From: Octopus sinensis
Lineage: Eukaryota
Length of the DNA: 64,000 bases
Assembly: GCF_006345805.1 (NCBI RefSeq)
Contig: NC_042998.1
Location: forward strand, 140,058,001 to 140,122,000
Direction of reading: 5' to 3'
Shown here: positions 26,820 to 38,460 of the stretch, in pieces
Layout of the letters: every line of letters begins with the position of its first letter
How positions within the stretch are numbered: position 1 is the stretch's first letter
Translations under genes and position numbers: made by a program
Notes under the pieces: model-generated
What the model was told of the DNA's origin: nothing
The model's database searches: none
What the model saw: only the letters and a program-made list of their open reading frames with translations

Positions 26820-29155
26820 ATGTGTATGTGTGCATGCATGTGTGTGTGTGTGTGTAGGCATGGCTGTGTGGTAAGTAGCTTGCTTCCCAACCACATGGTT
26901 CCAGGTTCTGGGTCCAGACCCACTGCATTACATCTTGGGCAAGTGTTTTCTACTATACCTTTCAGGTGACCAAAGCCTTGTGAGTGGATTTGGTAGATGG
27001 AAACTGAACTAATGATTCTGGTGTACTAATGATTCTGCCAGCTCGCTTGCCTTAATAATTATAATAATGGTTTCAAATTTTGTCCCAATACCAGCAATTT
27101 CAGGAGGAAGGGCTAAGTCAATTACATCAATTTCAGTACTCAACTAGTATGTATTTTATTCACCCCAAAAAGAAGAAAGGCGAAGTCAACTCATACATTT
27201 TTATTAACCTGGATCATTTGCCTTTACATATATATTACACACAACAGTTGAATAAATAGAACAGCATTGAAGAGATATTGAATAGAATAAGTACAAGTTT
27301 TAACTGTATAATATGGTAAATACTAATACTTTTTAATTTTGGCACAAGGCCAGCAATTTTGAGGGGAGGAGGAAGTCGAATACATTGACTTCAGTGCTCA
27401 ATTGATACTTATTTATACAACCTTTAAAGGATGGAACAAATTAATTAGAAGGAATGAGAATGCCTATCACAAAGCTGATTGACATAGCTTTGATTAGCAC
27501 CTCAGGTAATTGTCTGGGAATTCAAAATCCTAGGTTTTTTCATAACACCCAACAGAATTTCAAGAATGTTTGACCAGGCTATTTTGCAGGAATATTCCAG
27601 CTCATTTCATTACACACCAGACAATCTGATTGACTGAGCCATTTTTAAGTAGGCATTAATACCTTTTATGGTGACACATTTAATTTTTCAAAACTGGCCT
27701 TGCTTTTCAAGGCAGTGTGCTAAGCTGTAGTCCTGAGCTGGTGAACTTGAGCATGATAGTTCAAAACTTAGCAGGAATCTTGCTACAAGTTGAATGAACC
27801 TAAATTTTCAAAACTGCATTTCATATCACCATGTAGAGTCTACACAGACATAATAGAATTATATTTACCAGTAAATGCTAACTCTGGCAATTGCTTTATA
27901 CTTAGATGTCTTCTTGAATAAATTGCTTCCATGTCACTAATTATTTAGATTTATTTCCAATGGCATCAGCTATGCATCGTAGGGAATTAAACATAATTAT
28001 TTTGATTCATTATCTGAGAGATATCGCACAGTTTACCATTATGGAATGTACAAAACAGAAATCTAGAGTCTTAATCCCGGCAGCTTACATTTTCAGTTAG
28101 AATACTTGAGCTGTTACTATCTTTATTTATTTATTCATTCATACATTCAATCATTATTTTTCTGAAACATTCTCAAGAACATATTATTGTCTTATTTAAT
28201 TGAATCTCAAGATATTATTAGAGTTGGATTTAATTGGAACTCATACTACACTAATTACTGTGGAGTGTATTTTCAACATAAGATATTGGATTTTTGTTGT
28301 TGTTTTTGCTTTGTTTTCGCTGTTGTTGTTTGTTTTTGTTTTATTTCTACTCCTCCATCCCCTCCTTTTGTTTCAGCTTCTATTCATGTTTTACTATGTC
28401 CAGACATTTTCGACAACTCTCTGTGACTACTACTCCATAGTTTTTTTTTTGTTTTTCTTTCTAAGCAATCTATCATTCTGATTGTACATTCCTGAACAAT
28501 AATGGCTTCTGTTAAAGTTTAAAAGCAGTCACTGAGAGAGAGAGTAGAGACAGACAGACAGAGAGGGAGAGACAGAGCAGAGACAGAGTTAGACAGATAG
28601 GGAATATCACAGAAATACATCTATTTTTTCAATTTTGTTTTTAAATAAATTTTAAGCAATATTTCAATGTAAAAGGAAAAGAAAAAATTTATATATCTTT
28701 CAATAATTCCAAAATAAAATTGGCAGTGGTGAAGATGTAGAGGATGAGAAACAATAAAATATCAAATAGTAAGATATTTTAATTACTTCTCTGAAGCTTC
28801 ATATATCTCTGGAATTGGATAGCTTACAAGAAAATTGAAAACGAATGTTTACTGACACTCCAAATAGGCATGTTGTGGAAGAAAGGGAACTGTAGATGTT
28901 GGAATGGGAGATGCAGATTTTAGCACTGCTTTTACTTTCTACCTTTCTAGGGGAAGTATGTCAATGTTGTTTCTGTCTAAACCAATTCACCACAAAAATC
29001 TTTCCCTAATACAATTATTATATCAGCTTTTATCAACTATTAAGATATTAGGGTGCAATCATAATAAATTGAATTGAAGTAGATTGAATTAAATTAAGAT
29101 ATGAAATTGAATTTTAAAATTATCTCTACCAAGTGTTTATGCCTGGGGGTTATAA

Positions 29156-29186
<31 letters not shown>

Positions 29187-29751
29187 TAATAATAATAATA
29201 ATAATAATAATATATTGTGCCCATGCATAATGACACACAAAATATTAATTTATTATTTATTCAAATTTAAAGTAATTTCTGTAAGTGGATACGTACATTT
29301 ATGTGTAAAATACAGGTATTTAATCAGGTATCAATTTTGATCAAATAAACTGTGATAATTGGATTCTTTTCCTAAAATGTTTAATTTAGTTTAGTTTATT
29401 TGCCTCAGATTATGTCATGCTGACGATTTCAAATAAGAATGAAATTGCCACTACACATGATTGCCTATGACTAGAAATTTTAAGATCTTTGTAATGAGTA
29501 AGCAAAAGAAAAAAAAATTACATATGTATATGCCATACATCTTCTTTGTTCTTCAGTTTAAAATTCAAATTTCTATTCCCACCAAGATTTATCGCAAATA
29601 ATTATCTCCCTTAACAATAACTCACCATCAAGGCACACCATGTGTTTGACATTTAAATAAACTAAAGCAATTGGAAATGATTTACTGCAAAGTCATTCAG
29701 TTTGCTTTTGATGTTGTACAACATTTAACATTGTATTTCTTCTCCTTCTAG

Positions 29752-29838
29752 ATCAGCAAAATGCATAACCAGATGGAACACCACCGGAATAATATTCAGA
29801 AACACCATACTGAAGAAATGAACAAAATTATTGAAAAG
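29752..29838 (+). CDS. CEP112: Internal coding exon (87 nt, phase 0-0): ISKMHNQMEHHRNNIQKHHTEEMNKIIEK
   Basis: Polypyrimidine acceptor ttctccttctAG, donor GTaacc. In frame with the 11799 exon. Matches recalled CEP112 VNKLKAESEKMKIELKKTHAAETEMTLEK. Confidence 0.85.
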
Positions 29839-30464
29839 GTAACCATTTAGGCCAAGGAATCAACTCCTCTTTTTCATTATAAATTTAGGAATTATGAAGC
29901 ATTTTGAAGTTTTAGTTTCTCTTGCGTCCTTGAGTATATTAGGGAGCAAGCAAGCTGACACCATTGGTTTCTGTTGGCTATGGTTTTCTCTACATCAAGT
30001 CATAAGGCATGTGATATTGGCCTCTCTCATATCATTTATGAATATCCTGCACCATGTAATTTCTTTTTCCCTTTGGTGGTGTCTATTTAAAAGCTGTTCT
30101 AGAATGGCCTTGTTTTGGTAGCCAGAGTACGTGACCTGCTAGTTTTAATTTATGTTCTTTGATGATGTTTTCACTAAGAGGTCTTGTGTTGACTCATTGG
30201 TTATGTGCCCTTGCCAGAATATTCTCAAAATCCTTCTCAAGCATCTCTGGTAAAACACATTCAGCTATCTGTTAATTTTCATGGTGCTCTTTTGTGTCTC
30301 TCTGGCTTGGAGTACTGTTCATTGAACTATGCTATTGTTAGTGAGCATGCCTAAAATTATCTAAGCAAGACATCTTGGTTAAATTAAGAGCAACAATCGT
30401 CATTTCATGTTAGCTTTCCATGCTGGCATGTGTTCTATGGGTCTTGGAAGTCCTAGTTGGTTAT

Positions 30465-30622
30465 TACAGGTGTGGTTATGTGGCTGAGAAGCTTGCTTCC
30501 CACCATGTCTTGAGTTCAGTCCCACTGCAAGACACCTTGGGCATGTGTCTTCTACTATAGCCTCAGGGCAATGAAAGCCTTGTGAGTGGATTTGATAGAC
30601 AGAAGTTGAAAGAAGCCTGTCA

Positions 30623-30670
<48 letters not shown>

Positions 30671-30930
30671 TGTTTTTATGTGTGCTGTTGTTTTGACATC
30701 ATGTGAAGATTGTAAACAAGTATCACCATCACACAAGGGATGTTGTTTGTTTCCAGTCTTCCAATGAAAAATATGTCTGACAATGGTGAAATATCACCTT
30801 GCTTGGAAATAGGTGAAGGTCAGCAATAGGAAGGGCATTGGGCTGTAAAAGCTCTGCTTCAACAGATTCCATATGACCCAAGCAAGCATGGAAAAGTGGA
30901 TGTTAAACAATGAGAAGGATGATGATGTAT
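30465..30930 (+). mobile_element. SINE family A head with an RTE-derived 3' tail
   Basis: Family A head and core, then ...aggaagggcatt...gcatggaaaagtggatgttaaa...gatgatg matching the RTE 3' end. Same variant at 44045-44445 (-), 46340-46760 (-) and 60310-60950 (+). Confidence 0.7.
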
Positions 30931-31414
30931 ACCTTCTTTGATGGATCAGAGCAAAAGTCTCTCTCTTAAGTTTCATTTTTGGCATGGTTTCTACAGCTGG
31001 GTGCTGTTCCTGTCACCAACCACTGCACTGGGAGCATTTAATCATGGTATAATCCCTAGGGAAATTACTATACATAAAAATATTACTGAAGGGCTTTATC
31101 AACCCTCGTATCTCCACTTGCTGGCTGACTACTTTGCAGATTGTCCTGAATAGATTCTATATTGGCACCAACACTAGTAGGATTATTGTGTACCCCATAA
31201 GCTAGGACATGTTTGTTCAGTCAGGGCTATGTAGCTGAGGAAGTGAATAGAAGAGAGAAAGAGAGAGAGCAATAACAGAAATACCAGGATGGATGGATGA
31301 ATGAAGGGGGCAAGAGTATGGAGTGAAAGGGATGAAGGAGGAGAGAATTCTGAATGGTAATAGGTGGATAACTATTTGTAATATGAAAATACATATCTTT
31401 AACTATTTTACTTG

Positions 31415-31800
31415 TTTTGATCATTAGACTGCAGCCATGCTGGGGCATCACTTTGAAGAATTTTATTTGAATGAATCGACCCCAGTACTTATTTTTTTAA
31501 GCCTGAGGTTTATTCTGTTGATGTCTTTTGCCGAACTGCTAAGGTACAGGGGGTAAACATATCAAAACCAGTTATCAAACGGTAGTCGGGGACAAACAGA
31601 CATAAAGCCACAGACACAGAGCTATATACACACACACATACACACAAAGGTTTCTTTCAGTTCCCAAATCCACTCACAAGGCTTTGGTCAGCCTGAGGCT
31701 ATAGCAGAAGACATTTGCCCAAGGTGGCATGCACTGGGATTGAACTTGGTACCATATGGTTTGGAAGCAAACTTCTTACTACACAGTCATGCTTACACCT
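31415..31800 (-). mobile_element. SINE family A
   Basis: Reverse complement of family A, ending ~85 bp upstream of the 63-nt exon. Confidence 0.75.
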
Positions 31801-31884
31801 ATGTATATTATATTAAGTAATAAGTAATTGAAAAAAAATTATATAGTATTTAAATGTTTTCTCCAACACTTCTCTTCCTTTCAG

Positions 31885-31947
31885 ACCTCTTCAGAATTAA
31901 AGAATTTAGAAAAAGAATTCACTACAAGGACTCAAATAACTAATACA
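31885..31947 (+). CDS. CEP112: Internal coding exon (63 nt, phase 0-0): TSSELKNLEKEFTTRTQITNT
   Basis: Strong acceptor cttctcttcctttcAG and consensus donor GTAAGT. Same 21-aa length as, and similar to, recalled CEP112 ANSKLKQIEKEYTQKLAKSSQ. Confidence 0.85.
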
Positions 31948-32214
31948 GTAAGTAATTTTTTTTTTATTCTTTGCCTTTTACTAGTTTCAGTCATTGCACT
32001 GCAGCACCACCCTGAAGTGTTTAGTTGAACAAATCGAATCCCAATACTTATTTTGTTAAGTCCGGTACTTATTCTACCAGCCACTGAAATTTACATGGAT
32101 GTGAACAAACCAACACTAGATGTCAAGCAGTAGTGTTGGTGGGGACACAAAGGCAGTGTTGGTGGGGACACACACACGTATATGATGAGCTACCTCAGTT
32201 ACTATTACCAAATT

Positions 32215-32914
32215 CCATAAATAAAGAGTCTTCTTTAAACATTTCACCACTGGGAGAAGACTGGAAGGAGTCCTTTCTGCAATATGGACACATATTTATC
32301 TGAGTTTATGTTTCCCTCACACTCCACAGCTCTGATTGACCATTGCTCCCCAGACCATCACAGAATAGTTGCTATGTTTCATTGTTGGCTGCAATCTTTT
32401 CACGTCAAATTCTTAATCACAGTCTCCAAACCCACACTTGACCACTGTCAGAAAATACAGCAAATCTAGACTCATCAGAGAATATGACAGTATCCCAAAA
32501 TGCTAGTGGTCTCTCACTGGCCCAATCTTTTCTCTGCTTGATACTGGCTGATGGAAGAAGTGGCTTCCTTCTTGCTGCTCTGCCATAGTAGCCAAGCTTG
32601 TGGTGATACCTGACAGCTGTTTTGGGACTGACATCAACTTGTTCTGCAATGTCAGAGGCCTTGCAATGAGCATTATCCTCTACACTTCTCTTAACAAAGT
32701 GAAGTTTCCTGTCAGAGGGCCCAGGTCGACCTGGATGAGGTGATGTTTACTCCTTCCTCTCCCTGGTGAATTGCACTATCACTCTATTAACTGTAGAAAG
32801 AGGGATCTCAAGGTTTTCTGCAATTTTATGCTGACTTAGTTCACCTTCAGATTGACCCACAATACAGCCTCTTTGAAATTTGGATAATCCCAAGGCTTCT
32901 TTGGTATGTGGCAT
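32215..32914 (-). pseudogene. Tc1-family transposase remnant, 3'-truncated
   Basis: Minus strand [20 protein letters not shown]...[10 protein letters not shown] (HTH), [19 protein letters not shown] (first catalytic D), TMKH..SVMVWGAM, NSDKYVSILQKGLLP. Ends near the second D; contains stops and frameshifts. Confidence 0.85.
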
Positions 32915-33478
32915 GATTAAATAGTCACATATAGAATCTGAAATATAAAAATGCCAATTAATAAAAAGTATAAATCTTTTCAAGTTAAAATAAACACACC
33001 CCACCACTGCTTGACAACAGGTGCTGGTTTGTCCTCATAACTTAAGCAGTTCAGCAAAAGAGATTGATAGAATATGTACCAGGCTTATAAAAAGTAAAAA
33101 TAAGTATTAGAGTCAGTTAAACTCTTCAAGGTGGTGTTCCAGCATGGCCAGTGTCTAATGGCTGAAAGTAGTAAAAGATAAACGAAAAAGATAAAAGAAA
33201 TATATTTAGCATCTGTTGTTATTGTTGTTGTTAAGCAATTTGGTTAACTCTGTCTAAGAATTTCTCTGGCACATTGGTATCCATTGAGTTGATAATAGGT
33301 GAACAAAGCACCAATCTATTATGTTTCATGCTTTAGTGATCTGTTCATGCAGTTGGTTGGTTGTGGGTGTTCTGCACTGTAACAACAGAAGTCAGGGTAG
33401 GTTCTCCCAGCCAGTTTTATTTATATGTGTGTGTGTGTATATATATATATGTGCTTATGTGAGTGTGAGAGAGAGAGA

Positions 33479-33515
<37 letters not shown>

Positions 33516-34369
33516 TTTCACTCATCAGACTAGCTACGCTGAAGTACTATTAAATGAATTGACCTCAGTACTTATTCCATATACACTCATGGTTCACACA
33601 AGCCCCCCCCCCCCACACACACACACATGAGGATTCTCAATTTCTATCTACCAAATTCATTCATAAGGCTTTGGTCAGCCTGGGGCTATAGTATAAGACA
33701 TGCTCAAGGTGTCACACAGTGAGACTGAACTTAAAAGCCTGTGGTTGCAAACACACACGTATGCACATGCACACACACACACTCACACACACACGCACAT
33801 GCGCACACACACACATATGACAGATGACTGCACAGTTTCTAGCCATCAAATTCACTCACAAGTTATTGGTCAGCCTGGGGCTTTAGTACTATAATAGAAG
33901 ACTCATACCCTAGTTACCTCACATTGGGATTGAACTTGAAACCCCATGATTGTGAAGCAAACTTCTTAACCACTCAGCCATGCTTGTGTATGTCTGTGTG
34001 AATGTTCACAATCTGTGCTTGGCTATGACTTTAAAAACATCATCATCATTTGCAACTCACTTACAAGCAGTATTTCACTGTTTGTCCTTGGGCTAGAACT
34101 CATGATGTTTGTTGACATTTTCTGTCAATGAATCACCTGATAGCTTTGTGATTTCAAGTTCCTCTAGAATAAAAGAATCACATTTTTGAAAAGAACATTG
34201 AGGGTTAGAGACAGAAAGAGCATTGAACTATAAAGATCCTGCCTCAAATACTTCACCTATCTAAGCCATGCTAGTGTCATGTGAAACTTGCAGGCTTTTG
34301 TATTTTTTTTCAATAAGGATATTTTTTTTTAAAGATATAATTTGAAAGTGGGTACATCATTAACTATAA

Positions 34370-34744
34370 TCTATATATATATAAAGCTGAAGTTGTCTGT
34401 GTGTGGCAGGTTTGGTAGCCTTCAACTTACACTATCTCCTCTGAGACCCTGCAGCGCAAGTTGACCAAAATTGAGAGTATAATAGAAGAAGGCTTGCTCT
34501 TCCTTCTGTAGAAGATAAAATTCAAATCGGACCATGTTAAGACCAAAAATTATTTACATAAAGAAGGTGCTTTTTTTCTATCAAAATCCCTATTTTTTAC
34601 GATTTTTTGACTGGTGTGTCGCCATATTTTGGTGTATTCTCTTAAAGAGAATAACAAGCTACATAACGTGAAAATTTTACTTTTCAAAAATTCCAATTCT
34701 AAAGGGTCGAAACAAACCCGAGCAACGCCGGGCGATACTGCTAG
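34370..34744 (+). mobile_element. Non-autonomous Helitron (375 bp)
   Basis: Inserted between A and T. Starts TC (tctatatata...), ends CTAG, subterminal hairpin cccgagcaacgccggg. Confidence 0.85.
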
Positions 34745-34959
34745 TACTGATAATAATTGATGTAGTCATATATTTATATGGGGAAATTAGGTATTTGTAA
34801 AATATCATAGGAATCATGACATAGGAATCATAGGAATCCAGGCGCATGATACAATCCTTCTACTTGTGAAACCCAGTCAAACTGTCCAACCCATGTCAAC
34901 ATGGAAGCCTGTGGTTCTCAACTGGGGTCCTTTTTCTGCAATAAATTGCTTATACTTCT

Positions 34960-35355
34960 TTCTTCTATCGTTTACTTGTTTCAGTCATTAGGCTACGCCC
35001 ATGCTGGGGCACCTCCTTGAATTTCTTTTTTTAATCAAATGAGTCGACCCCAGTACTTATTTTTTTAAGCCTGGTACTTATTCTTTTGGTCTCTTTTGCC
35101 GAACCGCTAAGTTACGGGGAAACAAACACACCAACACCAGTTGTGAAGTGGTGGCAGGGAGACAAACATAAACACACACACACACACACACATAATAGGT
35201 TTCTTTCAGTTTCCGTCTACAAAATCCACTCACAAGGCTTTGGTCAACCCGAGGCTATAGTAGAAGACACTTGCCCAAGGTACCATGCAGTGGGACTGAA
35301 CTCAGAACCATATGATTGGGAAGCAAACTTCTTACCATACAGCCATGCCTGCACT
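34960..35355 (-). mobile_element. SINE family A
   Basis: Reverse complement of the complete family A sequence. Confidence 0.8.
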
Positions 35356-35567
35356 TATAAAAACATTACCAACAATTTTTTATACAATTCCTAATAATAC
35401 TTAATTATATAAATATAATAGGATTTTTTTAAAGCAATGAATGGCTATGGGAGAGGTGAGGTCCAGTAGAATATGATAGGAATCAAAGGGGTCTATAGGC
35501 AACAAATGGCCAAGAATCACTTCCTTAAATAATGGAACAATAATTATCACTGTAATAATGGTGAAGT

Positions 35568-35901
35568 CATCATCATCATCATCGTTTAACGTCCGTTTTC
35601 CGCGCTAGCACAGGTTGGACGGTTCGATCGGGGTCTGGGGAGCCAGGGGCAGCTCCAGGCTCCAGTCTGATCTGGCAGTGTTTCTACAGCTCGATGCTCT
35701 TCCTAACGCCAACCACTCCATGAGTGTAGTGGGTGCTTTTTACGTGCCACTTGCACAGGTGCCAGAGGGGTCTGGCATCGGCCACGATCGGTTGGTGCTT
35801 TTTATGTGCCACCGGCACAAAAGCCAGTCGAGGCGGTGCTGGCATCGGCCACGTTCGGATGGTGCTTTTTATGTGCCACCAGCACAGAAGCCAGTCGGGG
35901 C
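35568..35901 (-). mobile_element. RTE LINE 3' end, young subfamily
   Basis: (ATC)n tail on the + strand; ~12 differences in ~315 bp relative to 10671-11095. Confidence 0.85.
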
Positions 35902-36760
35902 GTTCAAAACAATTAAGAAACTTATCGAGATAAAAACAACTTATATAAATACCAAAATGAACTGAAAGCAAGAGAAGGAATATATAAATTTTTTCATTTA
36001 TCAATTCATTTTGCAAGATTCCTGATGTGAAATTGTGTATTGAAACAGATATTGTTGTATTTCGGGATGATAATTTTTTTTTCTTGCCACATAAATACAT
36101 GCACAATATATTCTTTCTTCACTCGTTTATTACTATTCTTATTTTATTATTTTAATTCATGTCCATTGTCCAGAAATCTTTCGTCACACATCTGTGACCT
36201 CCTCAGTGACACTTTTCGTTTTTGTGTGTGCTCTTGCTCCACTTAATCCATTCTGTTCATGGGGAAATATTACCTTCATTGAAAACTGGTGAGGGTTGGC
36301 AACAGGAAGGACATCTGGTCATGGAGAATCTGCTTCAACAACTTCCAGTGAGCTCATGTAAGCATGGAACATTGGATGTTAAAACGATAGTGATGATTTT
36401 ATATATATGCATACATAGAATTTGTAGAATAGAAGAAACAGAACTCAAAAGTGTATGTATGTATGTGTGTGTATACATATAAATATATATATATATATAT
36501 ATATATTCACACACACATACACACACATAAATATATACACATATATATATAATGTTCATTTTTAGTTCTAAATGGAGATTTTTATGCATATATGTGTATT
36601 TTTAATCTCCACTCAAGGCTATTTTATCTTTAACAGACAAGACAATTTGAAAATTCAGAATTTTCATATGACCATCCTGTATCAATTTTTAATAAAAAAT
36701 ATTCCAGGAAGAATTGTAATTCTCTTTGTCTATATGTATTTATATCTGTATCTATCTATC

Positions 36761-36794
<34 letters not shown>

Positions 36795-38169
36795 TACATA
36801 TACATATATAGAAAGAGAGAGGGGGGAGAATTCTTTTCCTTGTTTTCTTTCTTTGAATAATTTTCCCTTTCTTTTATTCTTTTCCCCTAGTAGTTCCCTC
36901 TGCCTATCCCTGAACATTCCACTGTTTCTCATTGCTTCTTTTCCTTATTCATTGACTGCTTTAGAAGAGGCAGGGTTCATCTTTACATTAATTGCTAAAG
37001 TTTCAAATTCTCTCAGTCAAAGAATGATTAGAATATCAGAATGATGAGTGTTACAATCTAGAATTAAAACACATTTTAGAAAAAAGAGAAAAGAGTGAAA
37101 AAAAATTTTTATCATTCTATTTTTCTTTAAGTTTATCCTTAAAACATCTGCTCAGTTCTTTCCATATGACTCAAGACTCCCTTGAGAACTAGTGCAGTTG
37201 CCCATTAGAAATATAACTTCTGGGTTGACCCAAGTGTAAATTCTTCCAGACATATGCAGGCAGTTTAACTCCATACGTGTATTTCACTTCACGTTATGTT
37301 TTGTTTGTTTTTTTTTTATTTTTGTTTCTGTTTTTGCTTCCAAAGCTACTTTAACAATATTATTGCAACTTTGATGTTGTTATGTATAAAGAAAGTACTC
37401 AAACTCACTTAATAAAATAGTAATACAAAATAAAGTAGTTTGAGATGTATTTGCTGATAGCAACAATGAGACCTTCTGTACTGGATGGAAGTATGAAAAA
37501 TAAAAACCACTAATGTTAATTTTTCTCTTGGATTTTATACTAAGAAATAAAGTAAAAAAACAAAACAAAATACTAATATTTTTGTAATTCCCAGAGAGAT
37601 TTCCCGATTCAGGATTCTTTAAGTACTTATTGAATAAACACTTAATACGAGTTTATTCACTCAATTTTTAACATCTGACATAGTTGCAGTATCTAGTATC
37701 TTGTACTTTGTACTTGTTTCAATCATTGGACAGCGGCCATGCAGGGGCACCACCTTGAAGGATACTGACATTTAAAACTTTTTTTAAAGTCTGGCATTTA
37801 TTCTATTGGACTCTGCTAAGTAACAGGGCCGTAAACAAATCAACACCAGTTGTTAAATGATGGTGAGAGACTAAAACATAAATACTGGGGTTGTTCAACT
37901 AAACCCTTCAAGTTAGTGCCACCAGCATAGCCACAGTCCAGTGACTGAAATGAATAAAAGATATAAGGTATGTTTATTTCCCCATTGTTATTGTGACCCA
38001 GCAGTTAGGAATGCTGAACTCACAAACATTAAGTTGTGAGTTTAATTCCTGGGCCAGGCAGTACATTGTATCCTTGAGCCAGCTATATTTTTTTCACATT
38101 GCTCTGAGTTATTCAGCTGCACCCGACTGCTGGTGCGGCCCTCTCTCCCTCCTACTGTTATATCCTTGC

Positions 38170-38460
38170 TGCTCCACAATGACTTATGTTAAGAGTAGGT
38201 GGGTCAACAGAATATCTGTCTGCTTCTGATTACATCATTTACCTTCCATTTGACTCATTCACACTCAGAGGTCTAATACTTTGCCTTCATGACATTCAAC
38301 ATCCAATCAAACTTCACCACCTTGATACACTAGATATATTGAGGTATTGTACACCTTTATAATATCTTGCAACACTTTGCTGCTCTTCTCCATACCCAGT
38401 CAAATGCTCTTTCTTCTAAAGTCAACAAATAGGTGGTATAGTACTATTTGCCTGCAGTTT
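38170..38460 (-). pseudogene. Highly decayed RTE-like reverse transcriptase fragment
   Basis: Minus-strand ctatttgttgactttagaagaaagagcatttgactgggtatggaga resembles LFVDFxKAFDxVWR, with a downstream PLLFNI-like stretch. Frameshifted. Confidence 0.4.

Noticed and set aside
33515-33528. Hammerhead-like core CTGATGA-GT-GAAAC on the minus strand
   Set aside because: There is no room for stem II and no complementary stems I or III; likely chance.
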